Assembly (NCBI GenBank): GCA_036564055.1
Contig: DATCLF010000105.1
Span: 1 to 57,396, forward strand
DNA length: 57,396 bases
From: Spirillospora sp.
Lineage (GTDB): Bacteria > Actinomycetota > Actinomycetes > Streptosporangiales > Streptosporangiaceae
Direction of reading: 5' to 3'
Part shown: in pieces, positions 9,727-18,746 of the stretch
Numbering within the stretch: the first letter of the stretch is position 1
Layout of the letters: every line of letters starts with the position of its first letter
Translations under genes and position numbers: made by a program
Notes under the pieces: model-generated
Told to the model about the DNA's origin: nothing
Seen by the model: the letters and a program-made list of their open reading frames with translations, nothing else
Database searches by the model: none

Positions 9727-10854
9727 ATGACCAGGACCCTGATCGTCACCAACGACTTCCCGCCCCGGCCCGGCGGCATCCAGGCGTTCGTGCACGGCCT
9801 CGCGTCGCGGCGTCCGCCCGGATCGGTGGTCGTGTACGCGCCGGCGTGGGAGGGCGCGGCGGCGTTCGACGTGGCCCAGCCGTTCCCGGTCGTCCGCCAT
9901 CGCGGCCCGCTGATGCTGCCCGAGCCCGGGGTGCTGCGCAGGGCGGGTGAGCTGCTGCGCGCGGAGGGCTGCGACTCGGTGCTGTTCGGCGCGGCGGCGC
10001 CGCTCGGCCTGCTGGCGCCGGCGCTGCGGCGGCGCGGCGCCGCGCGGATCGTCGGCCTCACCCACGGGCACGAGGCGGGCTGGGCGTCGCTGCCGGTGGC
10101 GCGGCGGCTCCTGCGGCGCATCGGGGACGACGTCGACGCGCTGACCTACCTGGGCGAGTACACGCGGGCGCGGATGGCGCGGGCGCTGTCGCCGGACGCG
10201 GCGGCCCGCATGACCCGGCTCGCCCCGGGCGTGGACGAGAAGGTGTTCCGGGCCGGCTCGGGCGGCGACGAGATCCGGGCGCGGTACCGCCTGGGCGACC
10301 GTCCCGTGGTGGTGTGCGTGTCCCGCCTCGTGCCCCGCAAGGGACAGGACGCCTTGATCCACGCCTGGCCGCACGTGCTGCGGTCGGTGCCGGACGCCGT
10401 GCTCCTGCTCGTCGGCGCCGGGCCGTACCGGGCCGCCCTGGAACGTCTCGCCGTGTCGCTCGACGTGGCCGGCTCGGTCGTGTTCACCGGCGGCGTTCCC
10501 TGGGAGGAGCTGCCCGCCCACTACGACGCGGGGGACGTCTTCGCGATGCCGTGCCGCACCCGCCGGCGCGGCCTGGACGTCGAAGGCCTCGGGATCGTCT
10601 ACCTGGAGGCGTCGGCGACGGGGCTGCCGGTCGTGGCGGGCGACTCGGGCGGCGCGCCCGACGCCGTCCTCGACGGGCGGACCGGGCTCGTCGTCCCGGG
10701 CCGCAGCGTCGCCCGCGTCGCACGGGCGCTGACCGGGCTGCTCACCGACCCCGAACGGGCCCGGGCGATGGGGGAGCGGGGACGCGCCTGGGTGGAGCGC
10801 GAATGGCGCTGGGAGGTCCAGGCCGCGCGGCTGAGCCGCTTGCTGGACCCCTGA
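9727..10854 (+). CDS. GT4 glycosyltransferase (PimB-like mannosyltransferase family)
   Basis: TNDFPPRPGGIQ, SRLVPRKGQD, EGLGIVYLEA motifs. Confidence 0.9.
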   Translation: MTRTLIVTNDFPPRPGGIQAFVHGLASRRPPGSVVVYAPAWEGAAAFDVAQPFPVVRHRGPLMLPEPGVLRRAGELLRAEGCDSVLFGAAAPLGLLAPALRRRGAARIVGLTHGHEAGWASLPVARRLLRRIGDDVDALTYLGEYTRARMARALSPDAAARMTRLAPGVDEKVFRAGSGGDEIRARYRLGDRPVVVCVSRLVPRKGQDALIHAWPHVLRSVPDAVLLLVGAGPYRAALERLAVSLDVAGSVVFTGGVPWEELPAHYDAGDVFAMPCRTRRRGLDVEGLGIVYLEASATGLPVVAGDSGGAPDAVLDGRTGLVVPGRSVARVARALTGLLTDPERARAMGERGRAWVEREWRWEVQAARLSRLLDP

Positions 10855-11835
10855 GACGGCGGGATGCCGCCGTGGACGTCGAGGACGCGCGGTTCCGTGT
10901 TCCCGCACCGGCGCCCGGAAGGGGAATCCCGCCCCCGCGCCGCAGGCGGGGCCCCTCCCGGGCCCGGCGGCCGGTGGGGGCCGCGCCCCCGCCCCGGAGA
11001 CCAGATCCACGCGAACGCCCCTGCCGAGGGTGGGGGATGATCCGGCGCGGCGGGCCCGGCGCGCCCGCGGGGGAGAACCGGAGACGGGCGCGCCGCGCGG
11101 GGAGGCCCGCCCGGCCGGGCCGGGCCCGCATGGACGGGGGCGCGGGGCGCGGCCCCGGCATCCGGCACCGCGGGGCCGTTCGGCCCGCCACGGTGCCCGG
11201 CCGCGGGCACGCCGCGGCGGGCGCCCCCTGGGCGGATCCCTGTCGCGGTGATCGTGTCATTTCGGGGCACCTCCCCGCCGCTGCGTGGCCCGCGGTCGTG
11301 GACGCCCCCGAAGCTAGGCACCGTCCGCCGTTCCCGGCCTCGCCTTAAGCCGTTTTTAAGAAATGGATCAGTCGCGACTAAGCCCGTTGTCCATTTCCGC
11401 AGATCAAGCCCGTTGTCCGCGTCTGTCCAAGGGGGTGAACCCGCCTGAGCGCCGCTGCTGCGGGCGTTCACGGCCCCGTCGCGGCCGATCGTCGTTGATC
11501 GTCCGGATTCTCGTGAACGTGTCGCGGCTCTCACGCGTACAGGACTGGAGAGCAGAAGGAGTGCGGGATATGGTTCGTACGGATTTCTTGGTCCCAATGC
11601 GCATCCGAGTGGCTCAAGGGGCGTATGCTCCCTGAGAGCTCGAGCGGATTCACCGAGAATCCGTTGGGGATGGCGATGGGAGCGAGCGGGGCTCCCGTAT
11701 CGTGATCCCCACCCGTCTCACAGGAACTGTCTCAGCAGGAACCGTCTCATCGGGGACGGCCGCCGGTCGGCGAGCCCGGCGGTCCGGAACCGGCTGGCGT
11801 TCGCCGTGCCCTCCGTCTCCTCCACAGGAGAGGGC

Positions 11836-13905
11836 ATGGCGCGACGCGATATCGGGCATGCGTCCCGGAGCACTACGCATGCTTCACCGTGGGCGGAGAC
11901 GCCCGCGGGCTCCGGCGAGTCGAAGCCGAAGCCGCAGTGGCCCGAGGGGTCCTGGTGGTCACAGCTGCCGGACCCGGACGAGCGGGGGCGGCGGGCGCGA
12001 GGGCCGAGCCGGCGCGAGATGAAGCGTCACGAGGCCCGCATCAAGCGGTCCCGCCGGCGCGCGGAGGACCCCTTCGGCGCGCGCAACCGGCCGTCCGCCG
12101 CGGACGGCGGGCACGGGCCCCGGGCGCGCCCGCCCGAGGGGCGGGCGGCGGGGTTCGGCGTGCGCAACGACCCGCCCGGCTCCCGGTCCGGGACGCGGAG
12201 CACCAGGACGGACGACGCCCGCCTGAACTTCGGTGCCCGGGGCGAGGGCGCACGGGACGCGCGGACGGCGTTCGGCGCCCCGTCGGGCGGCGTCGAGGAC
12301 GCCCGGACGGGCTTCGGCGCGCGGACGCGGCAGTTCGTCTCCCCCTGGGCCGACGAGCCCGACGCCCGGACGCGGGACTTCGACGTCCGCGGGCGCCGCG
12401 GCCGGCGCACCGAGCAGTTCGACGCGGAGTTCGACGCGAAGTTCGACGCGGCGTTCGGCGGGGAGGAACTCGGCTCGGGCCGGGACCGGTCACGCGAGTT
12501 CCCGCCGCGCGGTAAGCGGCCCGAGAAATCGTTCCGCGAGGACGAGCGCCCCGCGCGCAGGCGCCCGGAGTCGCGGAAGGCGGCCGGCGCCAAGGCGCGC
12601 CGCCCGGCCGCGCCGCGTCCCGGTCCGAAGGCGATGCCGCGGCGCAGGCGCAACCCCGCCGACCGGATGAGCGTCGGCGCGATCGTGCTGTCCACCGCCG
12701 TCGGACTCGCCCTGCTCGGCATCGCGGAGCGGGCGCTGCTGGAGGGCGGTCCCATCGGCGGCGTGTCCGGGCCCGCCGGCTCGGAGCGTGCGCTCGACCC
12801 GCCCGAGAAGGGCGGCGCGTCCGCGCAGCCGCGGCCGTCCTCGCCGCAGCGGTCCGGTCAGCCGGGAGCCCCCGCCGGCCAGAACGCGTCACCGAATCTG
12901 GAGGTCCTGGCCGCGCAGGTCCGCAAGCTCACCGTCGACGAGCGCAGTGCCGTCGCCCGGCAGTCCTACGGCGTGCAGCCCGCCGGCGACCCGATCGTGA
13001 ACGTCACCCGGACGAGCGCCGACAAGACCTGGGTGTTCGGCACCACCGCGCTCCCCGTCCCCGCAGGCAGCTCCGCGGCGCCGGAGGTCGCGTTCTACGC
13101 GGCGCGCTGGACGGGCACGGAGTGGCAGGTCGCGCTGTCGGGCAACCGGCAGTTCGCCACCCTGCTCGGCGCCGCCCCCGCGAACGTCATGCCCGCGGCC
13201 GAGGCGGCCGCCCTGCGCCGCTACGGCGCCGTCACCGCCGAGCAGGCCACCGCCCTCGTCAACGGGTCGCGGGCCGGTGACCGGCTCGTCCTGCCGTGGA
13301 AGACGGGGCAGGCGTGGGCGATGACGACCTCCGACGGCGCCGCCCGGCCCCTCGGCTCGCTGGCGTTCTCCGGCGGCGACGGGCGGGTCCTCGCCGCCGG
13401 GACCGGGCGGCTGTACCGGTTCTGCTCCGACTCGGCCGGCAACGCGATGGTCGTGCTCGTCCACCGGAGCGGACTCGCCACCACCTACTACCGCCTGCGC
13501 AACATCGTGCGGGTCCGCGACGGCGGCGTCGTCCGGCAGGGCGCGCCGCTCGGCGTCACCGGCACCGAACGGCCCTGCGGCGGGGCGGCCTCACCGCGCG
13601 CCGAGGTCGGGTTCGGGCTGCGCCGCGGCGGCGGGACGGTCCCGCTCGACGGCGCGCAGATCGGCGGCTGGACCTTCCGGGAGCGGGCGAACCCCCTCAT
13701 CGGCTTCGCCGAGCGCGGCGCCCTGCAGGTGCTTCCCGGCGGCCTCATGGCCAACCTCGGCGCGCTGCCCATCGGCGAGGAGGACGACCCGGCCGCCTCG
13801 CCGTCGGCGCGCCCCTCGGCGGACGACGACGCAGGATCGACGCCCGCCCCGCAGGCGGGTGCTTCCCAGAAGAGGAGTCAGAGCGGTGCGAATTCGCAAC
13901 AGTGA
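11836..13905 (+). CDS. membrane-anchored LasA/M23-like protein with degenerate active site and long low-complexity N-terminus
   Basis: About 275-aa R/G/D-rich N-terminus, one TM helix (VGAIVLSTAVGLALLGIA), C-terminal LPW...RVLAAGTG...ATTYYRL...LGVTG..PCGG...AEVGFGLR M23-like domain. GGAGAGG RBS before ATG 11836. Confidence 0.7.
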   Translation: MARRDIGHASRSTTHASPWAETPAGSGESKPKPQWPEGSWWSQLPDPDERGRRARGPSRREMKRHEARIKRSRRRAEDPFGARNRPSAADGGHGPRARPPEGRAAGFGVRNDPPGSRSGTRSTRTDDARLNFGARGEGARDARTAFGAPSGGVEDARTGFGARTRQFVSPWADEPDARTRDFDVRGRRGRRTEQFDAEFDAKFDAAFGGEELGSGRDRSREFPPRGKRPEKSFREDERPARRRPESRKAAGAKARRPAAPRPGPKAMPRRRRNPADRMSVGAIVLSTAVGLALLGIAERALLEGGPIGGVSGPAGSERALDPPEKGGASAQPRPSSPQRSGQPGAPAGQNASPNLEVLAAQVRKLTVDERSAVARQSYGVQPAGDPIVNVTRTSADKTWVFGTTALPVPAGSSAAPEVAFYAARWTGTEWQVALSGNRQFATLLGAAPANVMPAAEAAALRRYGAVTAEQATALVNGSRAGDRLVLPWKTGQAWAMTTSDGAARPLGSLAFSGGDGRVLAAGTGRLYRFCSDSAGNAMVVLVHRSGLATTYYRLRNIVRVRDGGVVRQGAPLGVTGTERPCGGAASPRAEVGFGLRRGGGTVPLDGAQIGGWTFRERANPLIGFAERGALQVLPGGLMANLGALPIGEEDDPAASPSARPSADDDAGSTPAPQAGASQKRSQSGANSQQ

Positions 13906-13912
13906 CGATCCC

Positions 13913-14815
13913 ATGATCCCGACGTGGGCACTGCGCCTCGTCCTCGCGGGCGCGCTGGTGGTGCTCGTCGGCGCGGCGACGCCCCAGGGCGCCGTCGCGG
14001 TCGCGAACGTGCAGTACTTCCTCAACTTCTTCGCCGGCGTCTTCGCCCTCGTCTCCCTGACCGCCGCGGTCGTGAGCGGCCTGCTGGCCACCGAGCGGCT
14101 CATCCTGAAGATCCGCCACCGGGTCCTCGCGCAGGCCGTGCACCGCGCCGCCGCGATCGTGTCGGTGACGATGCTCATCGCGCACGTGACGGTGAAGGTG
14201 ATGGCGGGTCTCGCGTTCCCCGCCAACATCGTCGTGCCGACGGCCGGGGCGGTCGGGCTCGGCACCGTCGCCTTCGACCTGATGTTCGTCATCGTCGTCA
14301 GCGGGCTGGTGCGGGCACGGTTCGCGAACCGCGGCAAGGTGTGGGTGTGGCGGACGGTCCACGTCCTCGCCTACGTCGCGTGGCCGTTCGCGATCGTGCA
14401 CGGGCTCACCGCGGGCCGGGCGGCCGCGAACTGGGTGGTGCTCTCCTACGTGATGAGCGTCGTGTTCGTCGTCCTGGCCCTGATCACCCGGATCATCGTC
14501 GTGGTCAAGCCGCGCGAGCTGAACCGCATCGACGACGAGATCGGCGCGTTCAGCCGGCCGGAGGGCGCCGGGCGGCGCCGCGACCGCCGCGCGATGCGGG
14601 CGATGGAGCACGAGGAGGCCCGCGCCGCGGCCGCGGCCCGCGCCCGGAAGGCCGACCCGCTGTCGGCCCTCGACGACGACCTGCGAGGCGGCGACCTGCG
14701 CAATGCCGACCTGCGCAATGCCGACCTCCGCAACGGCGATCCGCGCGGCACCGTCCAGGACCCGCAGGGCATGCCCGTGTACGGCGGCGGACGTGACACC
14801 GAGGTCTACCGATGA
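13913..14815 (+). CDS. ferric-reductase-like / MsrQ-like diheme cytochrome b membrane protein
   Basis: Multiple TM helices with four His (AVH, IAH, TVH, IVH) in the paired spacing typical of heme b ligation. Confidence 0.8.
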   Translation: MIPTWALRLVLAGALVVLVGAATPQGAVAVANVQYFLNFFAGVFALVSLTAAVVSGLLATERLILKIRHRVLAQAVHRAAAIVSVTMLIAHVTVKVMAGLAFPANIVVPTAGAVGLGTVAFDLMFVIVVSGLVRARFANRGKVWVWRTVHVLAYVAWPFAIVHGLTAGRAAANWVVLSYVMSVVFVVLALITRIIVVVKPRELNRIDDEIGAFSRPEGAGRRRDRRAMRAMEHEEARAAAAARARKADPLSALDDDLRGGDLRNADLRNADLRNGDPRGTVQDPQGMPVYGGGRDTEVYR

Positions 14816-16317
14816 GCTCGACCGTCACCGTCTCCTCCATCGGAGGTCCCCGGCTGACGCTCGGCTTCGACCGGTTCGACCGGCTTGACCTCGACCGCCA
14901 CCTGGCCGTGCACGGCAAGCTCCGCGCACCCGCCCTGGACGACATCGTCCGGATGTGCGAGCAGGTGGACCTGAGGGGACGCGGCGGAGCGGGCTTCCCG
15001 TTCGCCCGCAAGCTGATGGCCGTGGCGGCGCGGGTCGACTACCCGACCTCCGACCGGACGCTGCTGCCCGGCGAGAAGAGCAGCGGGCGGATCGCCAGCG
15101 AGAACGCCGTCGTCGTGGTGAACGGCGCCGAGGGCGAGCCCGGCAGCTCCAAGGACAAGGTCCTGCTCGGCCGGGCTCCGCACCTCGTCCTCGACGGCGC
15201 CCAGATCGCGGCGTCCGCGCTCGGCACCCAGCGGATCGTGGTGGCGGTCGAGGACGACGAGGCCGCCCGATCGGTCCGCGCCGCCATCAGGGAGCGGCGG
15301 ATGCCGGCCAGGGTCGTCCGGCTGACCGAGCGGTTCATCTCGGGTGAGAGCGGCGCGGTGATCCGCGCGATCAACGGGGAGGTGCCGATCCCGCCGGGCG
15401 TGAAGGTCCGCGCCTCGGACTCCGGAGTGGACGGCTACCCGACGCTGCTGTCCAACACCGAGACGTTCGCCCAGCTCGCCGTCCTCGTCTCCCTCGGCCC
15501 CGACCTGTACGCGTCGGCCGGGACGGAGGACGAGCCGGGCACCACAATGCTCACCATCGGCAAGACCCAGGTGGTGGAGGCGCCGCTCGGCACGCCGCTG
15601 CAGACCGTGCTGGACCACTGCAAGGTGCCGCCGTCGCCGGGCGTGCTCGTCGGCGGGTACCACGGGATGTGGCTCGACCCCGCGGGGGTCTCGCGGGCCG
15701 TGCTGTCGCGCGCCGGGATGCGCCGCGTCGGCGGGACGGTCGGCGCCGGGATCATCCTGCCGCTGACGCAGGGCACCTGCCCGCTCGGGGAGGTCACCCG
15801 GGTCGCGGCCTATCTCGCCGCCCAGTCGGCCGGGCAGTGCGGTCCCTGCAGGCTCGGCCTGCCCGACGTGGTGCGGACGCTGAACGCGCTGACCGAGGGC
15901 GCCGGGAGCGTGGAGGACGTCCGCCGCGCCGTGAGCGTCGGCAAGGGCCGCGGCGCCTGCACCCACCCGGACGGAACGGCGAAGTTCGTCCTGTCGGCGC
16001 TGGAGGCGTTCAAGGACGACATCGAGGCTCACCTGTGGGGCGGCGGCTGCGGCCTGCCGACCTACGGGGTCATGCCGATGCCGGTCAGCGGGTCGGAGGG
16101 CCGGGTGGCGATCGACTGGAGCCGCTGCGACGGCCACGGGCTGTGCGCCTACATCGTCCCCGAGCTGATCCAGCTCGACCGTTACGGCTTCCCGGTGGTG
16201 CTCGGCAGCGATATTCCCTCCTGGCTGGAAAAGGACGTGCAGAAGGCGGTCGCGATGTGCCCCGCATTGGCTCTGCGCGTCGTCGACGGTGTCGGCCGCG
16301 CCTCCGCCAAACGCTGA
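14812..16317 (+). CDS. NuoF-like FMN/4Fe-4S oxidoreductase fused to a C-terminal ferredoxin
   Basis: LRGRGGAGFP, NGAEGEPGSSKD, SAGQCGPCRLG...GACTHPDG; C-terminal IDWSRCDGHGLC...CPALAL ferredoxin. Confidence 0.88.
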   Translation: MSSTVTVSSIGGPRLTLGFDRFDRLDLDRHLAVHGKLRAPALDDIVRMCEQVDLRGRGGAGFPFARKLMAVAARVDYPTSDRTLLPGEKSSGRIASENAVVVVNGAEGEPGSSKDKVLLGRAPHLVLDGAQIAASALGTQRIVVAVEDDEAARSVRAAIRERRMPARVVRLTERFISGESGAVIRAINGEVPIPPGVKVRASDSGVDGYPTLLSNTETFAQLAVLVSLGPDLYASAGTEDEPGTTMLTIGKTQVVEAPLGTPLQTVLDHCKVPPSPGVLVGGYHGMWLDPAGVSRAVLSRAGMRRVGGTVGAGIILPLTQGTCPLGEVTRVAAYLAAQSAGQCGPCRLGLPDVVRTLNALTEGAGSVEDVRRAVSVGKGRGACTHPDGTAKFVLSALEAFKDDIEAHLWGGGCGLPTYGVMPMPVSGSEGRVAIDWSRCDGHGLCAYIVPELIQLDRYGFPVVLGSDIPSWLEKDVQKAVAMCPALALRVVDGVGRASAKR

Positions 16318-16462
16318 CCGGGCGCCGGCGCGCCCTATTACGGGCGCGGAGAAAACAAAATCGGCTGAGCGACCTTGAACCTCGCGCCCCGCGTGGCGCG
16401 TATCTCCCGACGAACCCGCGCCGGGTCCGTCGATAGGTCCTCGGAAGGAGGAAGCAGTTCCC

Positions 16463-17095
16463 TTGAGGAGAACCTACGGAATCGCCGAGGTGCGCAGGCT
16501 GATGAGCCCGCGCGTGAGCCGCGCGATCCTGATCGTCGCGGCCGTCGCGGCCGTGGGGGCTGCCTTCGTGGTCGTGATGAACCCGGCCGGCGTTCCCGCA
16601 ACCGGCGCGGCGAGTCTCGGCGGCACCGTGAACACTCGCTGGGGACGGTTGAGCGCAATGGACAGGAAGCTGCTCGTGTCCGTCAGGCAGGCGGGACTGT
16701 GGGAGATTCCGGCCGGTCAGCAGGCACAGCAGCGGGCGTCCAACCCTCGGGTGAGGGAGGTCGCCGAGATCATCTGGCAGCAGCATGTGCAGCTCGACAC
16801 CGACGTCCGCACCACCGCGGACAAGCTCGGGGTCATTCTTCCGAACGAACCGAATGGAAGCCAGAAGTCCTGGCTGAGAGAAATGTCAGGCAAATTCGGC
16901 GCCGATTACGACAAGATCTGGGTGCATCGGCTGCGCGCCGCGCACGGAAGCGTGTTCAGCGTCATCGCGCAGGTGCGCGCGAAGACCGAGAACAGTGTGA
17001 TCCGCGAATTCGCGGAGCGCGCCATGAAGTTCGTCAACACGCACATGACGCTGCTGGAGAGCACGGGCCTGGTACCCAGGCGTGCCTTGAAGTGA
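16463..17095 (+). CDS. DUF4142 (ferritin-like) exported protein
   Basis: N-terminal TM/signal; DRKLLVSVRQAGLWEIPAG...LRAAHGSVF...HMTLLE; GGAAGGAGG RBS before TTG 16463. Confidence 0.8.
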   Translation: MRRTYGIAEVRRLMSPRVSRAILIVAAVAAVGAAFVVVMNPAGVPATGAASLGGTVNTRWGRLSAMDRKLLVSVRQAGLWEIPAGQQAQQRASNPRVREVAEIIWQQHVQLDTDVRTTADKLGVILPNEPNGSQKSWLREMSGKFGADYDKIWVHRLRAAHGSVFSVIAQVRAKTENSVIREFAERAMKFVNTHMTLLESTGLVPRRALK

Positions 17096-17130
17096 CGTAC
17101 ATCCCACCCCGCACAAGGGAGTACCTTTCC

Positions 17131-18594
17131 ATGGGAATCAAGAAGAGAAAACCGTTCGCCGTGATGATTCCGGCGCTCGCACTCGCCGCTTCGGCCTGTC
17201 AGGTGACGCCCGGGACGGCGGCTCCGCAGCCCGGCCAGACCACTCCGGCGGCGGGCTCGGACCTCGACGGGGGCGGGCAGCTCGACGACGTCAAGAACCC
17301 CGGCCGGCCCGGCGGCGGCCCGGGCGGCGGCGACCAGGGCAACGGCCAAGGCAACGACCAGGGCGACGGTGACGGCCAGGGCCAGGGCGGCGGCGGCCAG
17401 AACGATGGCGGCCAGAACGGCGGCGACGACCAGGGTAACGGTGGCGGCCGGGGCGACGGCAACGGTCAGGGCAATGACCAGGGCAACGGCGGCGACGGCG
17501 GCCAGCAGGTCGAGATTCCCGAGCTGAGGGCGGACCAGTACGTTCCGATCCAGCGGGCGCCGCGCGTGCGGGAGCCGCGCGTCACCCGCCGCGGTTCCAG
17601 GGGCGTGTTCAGCGTCGACTGCGGCACGAACGAGGGGCAGCAGCACAGCAACCCCGACAACGTGGTCGCGGCACCGGGCGTCGTGAACGGCGCGCACCAC
17701 ATCCACGACTACGTCGGCAACCTCGACACCGACGCCTTCTCGACCGACGAGACCCTCGCCGCCGCCGATACGACCTGCGAGAACGGCGACAAGTCGACCT
17801 ACTTCTGGCCGGTCCTGCGGGACCGCAACGGCGAGGACAACTCCGACCGCGCCGAGCAGAGCCGGGCCGACGGCAACATCGGCAGCATCATCGAGCCGAG
17901 CGAGGTGCGCCTGGAGTTCCGCGGCAACCCGCGCAGCACGGTCACCGCGATGCCGCGGTTCCTCCGCATGGCCACCGGTGACGCGAAGGCCGTGACGAAC
18001 GGTCTGGCGAACGCCAACGCGCGGTGGACGTGCACCGGGTTCGAGGACCGCGCGTTCACCGACAAGTACCCGTTGTGCCCCGAGGGCAGCCGGCTCGTGC
18101 GCATCCTCGACTTCGCCGGCTGCTGGGACGGGCAGAACACCGACAGCGCCAACCACCGCGACCACGTCGCCTTCGCGGACGAGCGGACGGGCCAGTGCCC
18201 GCAGGGCTTCCAGGCCATCCCGCAGCTGCGGATGACGCTGGTCTACGAGGTGAACCCCGAGCCGCTGGCGTTCGCGCTGGACAGCTTCCCCGAGTCGGGC
18301 CACGACCCGGTGACCGACCACGGCGACTTCATCAACGTGATGGACGACGGGCTGATGCAGCAGGTCGTCAACACCATCAACGGTCGCAAGGGCCGCGGCG
18401 GCGGCCAGGACGGCGGCCAGGGTGACGGCGGTCAGGGCGCCGGTGGCCAGGACGGCGGTCAGGGCGACGGTGGCCAGGACGGCGGCCAGGGCGACGGTGG
18501 TCAGGGTCAGCCCACCGAGGAGCCGGCGAACCCGTCCCAGGAGCCGGCCCCTCCGGCGCAGCAGCAGCCCACCACCAGGAGCAAACACCACTGA
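17131..18594 (+). CDS. DUF1996-domain lipoprotein with G/Q/D/N-rich linkers
   Basis: Lipobox LAASA-C; APGVVNGAHHIHDYVGN, DKSTYFWP, CWDG...NHRDH, DHGDFIN DUF1996 motifs. Confidence 0.82.
   Translation: MGIKKRKPFAVMIPALALAASACQVTPGTAAPQPGQTTPAAGSDLDGGGQLDDVKNPGRPGGGPGGGDQGNGQGNDQGDGDGQGQGGGGQNDGGQNGGDDQGNGGGRGDGNGQGNDQGNGGDGGQQVEIPELRADQYVPIQRAPRVREPRVTRRGSRGVFSVDCGTNEGQQHSNPDNVVAAPGVVNGAHHIHDYVGNLDTDAFSTDETLAAADTTCENGDKSTYFWPVLRDRNGEDNSDRAEQSRADGNIGSIIEPSEVRLEFRGNPRSTVTAMPRFLRMATGDAKAVTNGLANANARWTCTGFEDRAFTDKYPLCPEGSRLVRILDFAGCWDGQNTDSANHRDHVAFADERTGQCPQGFQAIPQLRMTLVYEVNPEPLAFALDSFPESGHDPVTDHGDFINVMDDGLMQQVVNTINGRKGRGGGQDGGQGDGGQGAGGQDGGQGDGGQDGGQGDGGQGQPTEEPANPSQEPAPPAQQQPTTRSKHH
18400..18510 (+). 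repeat. coding 15-bp-period repeat (GGQDG/GQGDG)
   Basis: GGCGGCCAGGACGGC / GGTCAGGGCGACGGT units. A similar GDDQGNG tract lies at about 17325-17505. Confidence 0.8.
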
Positions 18595-18746
18595 TCGATC
18601 CGGGGTCCGGTTGATCCGGACCGTCCCGGGGTGACCCGGCCGCGCGGCCGGCGGGGACGCCGCCTGCGATCTTCGCGGGCGCCCCGCCGGCCGCGCACGC
18701 GTGCGCCTGCGCGACGACGGCGCCGCGGGTCCGTACGATCGCCGGC

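Noticed and set aside
11400-11800. Possible c-di-AMP (ydaO) riboswitch before the cell-wall gene
   Set aside because: Only GGGGGTGAA resembles the consensus; the GCCGAATCC and CCCGTCAGCTAAC elements were not found.
14685-14740. Pentapeptide-repeat domain (GDLRNADLRNADLRN)
   Set aside because: Only three to four 15-bp units in a disordered tail, too short for a beta-helix; likely slippage.
16375-17130. Apparent 739-aa fusion ORF
   Set aside because: The first 252 codons are an off-frame reading of the DUF4142 gene; the lipoprotein signal begins at 17131.
17325-18510. CRISPR-like periodic repeats
   Set aside because: In-frame coding Gly/Gln/Asp repeats without unique spacers; no cas genes in the window.
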